A stretch of DNA of 32,000 nt from assembly GCF_000186885.1 (NCBI RefSeq), contig NC_014972.1:3150001-3182000 (forward strand). Direction: 5' to 3'. Of the stretch, positions 26,585 to 32,000 are shown piece after piece. A program made the translations under genes and the position numbers. The notes beneath the pieces are model-generated. The model was not told the origin of the DNA, did no database searches, and saw only the letters and a list, made by a program, of their open reading frames with translations. The stretch comes from Desulfobulbus propionicus DSM 2032 (GTDB taxonomy: Bacteria; Desulfobacterota; Desulfobulbia; Desulfobulbales; Desulfobulbaceae). Within the stretch, counting starts at the first letter, position 1. The number at the start of each line of letters is the position of its first letter.

Positions 26585-28882
26585 TTACCGTGGCCGCATG
26601 CCCAGCAGCACCTTCTCGGCGGTGATCGGCAGATGCCGGCAGCGGACACCGGTGGCATTGGCGATGGCGTGAGCGATGGCCGGCGCCGGCGGGTTGCAGC
26701 CGATCTCGCCGATGGACTTGGCGCCGAAAGGACCGGTGGGCTCGAAACTCTCGATGCATTCGACCCGCAGGCCCTGGATATCCAGCCGGCTGGGAATCTT
26801 GTAGTCCAAAAACGAGTCAGTTGCCAGCCGCCCTTGGGCAGTATGGCGCACCTCCTCGAACAGCGCCAGGCCAATCCCCATGGCCGCCCCGCCCTCCACC
26901 TGGATGCGAGCCAGGTTACGGTTGAGCACCGTGCCGCAGTCCGCCACAGCCACATAGTCCAGCAGTTGGACCTCGCCGGTCTGCAGATCCACCTCCACCT
27001 CGGCAAACCCGGCAACAAAGGGCGGCGGCGAGGTCTGGCCGCCGTAGGTTCCCTTGGCCACCAGCTGGTCCTGGCCGGAGAACGAGGCCAGGGTGCGCGC
27101 CAGCTCGGCCAAGGTGAGGGTCTGGCCGGCGGCCATGGAAAAGATGCCGGCCGCATAGCCGACCGCCTCTGCGTCAACCCCGAACAGGCGGGCGACAGCA
27201 GCCCGCATCTGGCGGCGCATATCGTCTGCCGCGATCAGGGTCGCTCTGCCGGTGACATGCGTGCAGCTGGAGGCATAGGCCCCGCAATCGTACGGCAGGG
27301 TGTCGAGATCAAAGCTGCAGACCACGATCTGTTCCATGCCCACCTCCAGCCGTTCGGCAGCGATCTGACAGAGCACGGTGTCCGAGCCCTGGCCAATATC
27401 CGCGGCGGCGTGGCTGAGGGTGAAGAAGCCGTCTTCGTTGAGTTTCAGGATGACCGAACCGGTGTCGACTCCGGCAATGCCCGAACCCTGCATGGTCACG
27501 GCCATGCCATAGCCGCGCACCCGGCTGCCGTCGATCCGCACCCGGGGATACTTGCCGGCCCAGCCGATCAGTTCCCTGCCGCGCTCAATACACTGGTGCA
27601 GTCGACTGCTGCGCAGCACCGCGGGCGCGCCGGGTGTTGAGCCCGAGAGTTGCGGATGGGACTGGCTCTCGGCAATGAGGTTTTTCAGCCGCAGCTCGGC
27701 CGGGTCCATGGCCAGGGTGTCGGCCAACTCATTGATGGCCGATTCCAGGGCGAAGGTGCCCTGAGGCGCGCCATAGCCGCGCAGGGCTCCGGCCGGCATC
27801 TTGTTGGTGTAGACGACGTGACCATGGTAGCGGCAGGCCCGGGCCTTGCTGTACAGCGGCAGGGTCTTCTGGGCGACGGCCGCAAACACGGTGAAGGCAT
27901 GCTCGCCGTAGGCGCCGGTATCGGAGAGGCAGTGGATGTCCACGGCTCGGAGGTTGCCTTGCCGGTCGGCGCCCAGGCGCACGGTCAGACGCATGGCATG
28001 GCGACTGGTGGTGCAACCGAAAGTCTCCTCGCGGCTGTAGACGATCCGGGCCGGCTGGCCGGTCTTGAGGGTGACCAGGGCCGGATACATCTCCACCGAG
28101 GCGGTCTGCTTGCCGCCGAATCCGCCGCCCACCCGGGGCTTGAGCACCTTGATCCGGCTGGCCGGCAGGCCGAGCGCACGGGCAAGATGGCGCCGGACAT
28201 GAAAGGGGATCTGGGTGGAACTCATCACCTGCAGCCGGCCGTGGACATCCAGGCAGGTGGTGGCCCGGTGGGTCTCCATCATGGCGTGCGCCTGGGCCTG
28301 GGTGGTGTAGGTCCGCTCGATCACCACCTCGCTCCCGGCCAGTTCGGCCTCGACATCGCCCAGGCCGGTGGCATAGCTGGCGGCGATGTTGCGGGCAGCA
28401 TCGGTACCGATATGCCCATGGGTGAAGGGCTGATGGTCGTGCACCCGGTGCTCGTTATCGATCGCCGTTTCTGGATCGAGCACCGGCTCCAGTACTTCGT
28501 AGTCCACCTGGATTTGCTCCAGGGCCCGGAGCGCAGTCGCCTCGTTCACAGCAGCAACAATGGCCACGGCATCGCCCACATACCGCACCCACTCATCGAG
28601 GATGCGGCGGTCATAGGGCGAGGGTTCGGGAAAGGATTGGCCGGCCAGGGTGAAGCGGGTTTCGGGTACGTCCTTGTGGGTGAGCACGCAGGCCACCCCG
28701 GGCAGGGTCAGGGCTGCAGCGGCGTCGATGGCCAGGATGCGGGCCGAGGCGTGCGGGCTGTGCAGAATCTTGACGATCAGTGCCTGGTTGTTGCCATCGA
28801 GGTCGCTGGTGTAGACCGGCTTGCCGGTGACCATCGCCATGCCGTCGAGTTTGGGAACCGCTGTGCCGATGATGCGCATCAT
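26585..28882 (-). CDS. Xanthine dehydrogenase/aldehyde oxidoreductase-family molybdopterin-binding subunit
   Basis: Starts MMRIIGTAVPKLDGMAMVTGKPVYTSDL after a GGAGGGGG RBS; RVGGGFGGKQTASVEMYPAL; C-terminal GAKSIGEIGCNPPAPAIAHAI. The 869-aa frame in the track includes a spurious N-terminal extension. Confidence 0.94.
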   Translation of the reverse strand: MMRIIGTAVPKLDGMAMVTGKPVYTSDLDGNNQALIVKILHSPHASARILAIDAAAALTLPGVACVLTHKDVPETRFTLAGQSFPEPSPYDRRILDEWVRYVGDAVAIVAAVNEATALRALEQIQVDYEVLEPVLDPETAIDNEHRVHDHQPFTHGHIGTDAARNIAASYATGLGDVEAELAGSEVVIERTYTTQAQAHAMMETHRATTCLDVHGRLQVMSSTQIPFHVRRHLARALGLPASRIKVLKPRVGGGFGGKQTASVEMYPALVTLKTGQPARIVYSREETFGCTTSRHAMRLTVRLGADRQGNLRAVDIHCLSDTGAYGEHAFTVFAAVAQKTLPLYSKARACRYHGHVVYTNKMPAGALRGYGAPQGTFALESAINELADTLAMDPAELRLKNLIAESQSHPQLSGSTPGAPAVLRSSRLHQCIERGRELIGWAGKYPRVRIDGSRVRGYGMAVTMQGSGIAGVDTGSVILKLNEDGFFTLSHAAADIGQGSDTVLCQIAAERLEVGMEQIVVCSFDLDTLPYDCGAYASSCTHVTGRATLIAADDMRRQMRAAVARLFGVDAEAVGYAAGIFSMAAGQTLTLAELARTLASFSGQDQLVAKGTYGGQTSPPPFVAGFAEVEVDLQTGEVQLLDYVAVADCGTVLNRNLARIQVEGGAAMGIGLALFEEVRHTAQGRLATDSFLDYKIPSRLDIQGLRVECIESFEPTGPFGAKSIGEIGCNPPAPAIAHAIANATGVRCRHLPITAEKVLLGMRPR

Positions 28883-29328
28883 TCCCCCTCCAAAAAATGC
28901 TTGATGGCCCGCAGCTGTCCCTGGTAGCCGGAGCAGCGGCAGAGGTTGCCGGCCAGGTAGTGGTTGATGGCCTCCTCGGTCGGGTGGATTAGCTCGCGCT
29001 TCATGGCGAGCACGGTCATGGTCAGGCCGGGAGCGCAGAAGCCACACTGCTCCGCCCCTTGAGCCACCAGGCAACGGGCAAACTGTTCCGCCTCGTCTTG
29101 GACCCCTTCGAGGGTGGTGATCTCCCGGTTGCCGGTGCGCGCGGTCAGGGTGCAGCAGGCGAGCACCGGCCGGCCGTCGATCCAGACGGTGCACAGGCCG
29201 CAGGAGCCGGTGTCGCAGCCTTGCTTGACGCTGAGATAGCCGTAGCGGCGCAGAGTCTCCGCCAAAAACTCGCCAGGGGGAAAATCAAGGGTCACCACAC
29301 GACCGTTGATCCATGTTTCAAGCTGCAT
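28879..29328 (-). CDS. [2Fe-2S]-binding subunit of a molybdenum hydroxylase
   Basis: 149 aa; GCDTGSCGLCTVWIDGRPVLACCTL and QCGFCAPG...NLCRCSGYQGQLRAI, the two classic 2Fe-2S motifs; overlaps both neighbouring subunit genes. Confidence 0.96.
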   Translation of the reverse strand: MQLETWINGRVVTLDFPPGEFLAETLRRYGYLSVKQGCDTGSCGLCTVWIDGRPVLACCTLTARTGNREITTLEGVQDEAEQFARCLVAQGAEQCGFCAPGLTMTVLAMKRELIHPTEEAINHYLAGNLCRCSGYQGQLRAIKHFLEGE

Positions 29329-30115
29329 GCAGCACCTCCGTCAACGCCCGTTCGACAAGCACCGGACAGATGGCCCGCCGATAGGCACCGCTGGCCCGGG
29401 CGTTGTCGCCAAAGGCGAGCTCTTCGGCAACCAGCCGCCCGGCCTCGATCGCCGTCCTGCGATCCAGGCCATGCTGGTTGAGAGAGGCCTCGGCCAGGAC
29501 TGCGCGCATGGCCCGCCCCGGGCGACTGCCGACCACCAGGCGAAAGCCGTCCGCGCATCGGGCCACGGCAACATTGAGCACGGCAAAATCGGTGGCCGAT
29601 CGACGCACACTGGCAAAGGCAGCCAGCCGGCCGTCCCGGGGGAGCATGATTTTCTCGACGATGTCCGGCGCGCCCCTGGCGGCAAGATACTCGGACAAGG
29701 CGACCGGCCCCTGATGATGCAACTGCACCGTGGCATCCAGGGCCACCAGGGCGGTGAGCGGGTCGGAGAAGGGATAGCGACCGGCCACGGTGCCGCCAAT
29801 GGTGACGCAACCACGCAGCTGCACCCCGACGATCGCCCTCAGTGCCCGGGGCAGCACTCCGCCCCACAGGCTGCCGGTGAGCGGATGGGTCTCGATGGTC
29901 CGCAGCGTGGTCATGGCCCCGATCTCGACCGTGCCGGCGGACTCGGCAATGCCCTCAAGAGGGAGTTGCGACAGATCGATGGCCGTGCGGATCCTGCGCC
30001 TTCCCAGACGCAGATAGCCGCAGCCGCCGAGCACCACACTGCCAGGCACCGAGGTCAGAGTGTCATACGCCTCGGCAAGACTGGAAGCGCGGAGATAGTT
30101 GTCGATGCGCAGCAT
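29318..30115 (-). CDS. FAD-binding subunit of a molybdenum hydroxylase
   Basis: 265 aa; VEIGAMTTLRTIETHP...LRAIVGVQLRGCVTIGGTVAGRYPFSDPLTALVALDA typical of the CoxM/XdhB-type FAD domain. Confidence 0.92.
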   Translation of the reverse strand: MLRIDNYLRASSLAEAYDTLTSVPGSVVLGGCGYLRLGRRRIRTAIDLSQLPLEGIAESAGTVEIGAMTTLRTIETHPLTGSLWGGVLPRALRAIVGVQLRGCVTIGGTVAGRYPFSDPLTALVALDATVQLHHQGPVALSEYLAARGAPDIVEKIMLPRDGRLAAFASVRRSATDFAVLNVAVARCADGFRLVVGSRPGRAMRAVLAEASLNQHGLDRRTAIEAGRLVAEELAFGDNARASGAYRRAICPVLVERALTEVLHAA

Positions 30116-30355
30116 AGGCGTGTACTCCCCTGTGATGGAGGTTGGCTCAGGTCAGGCCATTGGCGTGCAGCAACCTGTGTTCCCTCAGCAATGTCCGCAG
30201 CAGTCGGGTCAGAACCGGCCAGGGCTCACCAGGAGCCTAGAGTATAAAATTTTCGCCCGTAATGTGCAGCAACGATCATCAAGAAGCGAACCACCCGCAC
30301 ATTTTGCTCCGAACAGCCGAAGGTTCCATGCTCCATCACGCTTCGCCCCTCACCC

Positions 30356-31996
<1,641 letters not shown>

Positions 31997-32000
31997 GGAA

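Noticed and set aside
28882-29194. N-terminal extension of the 869-aa Mo-subunit ORF
   Set aside because: It overlaps the 2Fe-2S subunit in another frame; the strong RBS and conserved start MMRIIGTAVPKLDG are at 28882.
27650-30247. 425-aa and 313-aa plus-strand ORFs
   Set aside because: Antisense to the molybdenum hydroxylase subunits, which have all expected cofactor motifs.

Overview
The window is GC-rich and densely coded, mostly with chromosomal housekeeping and signalling genes. It resembles a Desulfobulbaceae-like deltaproteobacterium, which is a guess from protein style only. From left to right: thiol peroxidase (tpx) with a clear terminator and a Fur/PerR-like box; a Fur-family regulator; a divergent ADP-ribosylglycohydrolase-family protein; a protein with EF-hand-like Asp-rich loops; a recC-recB-recD operon; a Cache/PAS hybrid sensor histidine kinase; a PfkB-family kinase; a DUF2971-like protein; a KdnB-like iron-containing alcohol dehydrogenase; a fusion of an NMT1/THI5-like solute-binding domain with PAS, GGDEF and EAL; a Cache/HAMP chemotaxis receptor; a CPHC-thioredoxin-like/CcdA-like membrane fusion; a three-subunit molybdenum hydroxylase operon (FAD, 2Fe-2S, Mo); and an ABC-F ATPase. 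I found no CRISPR array, transposon, prophage, tRNA or rRNA. No locus here is a convincing undescribed multi-gene system. The best leads are individual proteins (the EF-hand-like protein, an apparently orphan KdnB homologue, the redox fusion, the THI5-GGDEF-EAL sensor, the DUF2971 protein) and several perfect inverted repeats in intergenic DNA. Many long ORFs in the supplied track are antisense shadows of real genes and were rejected.
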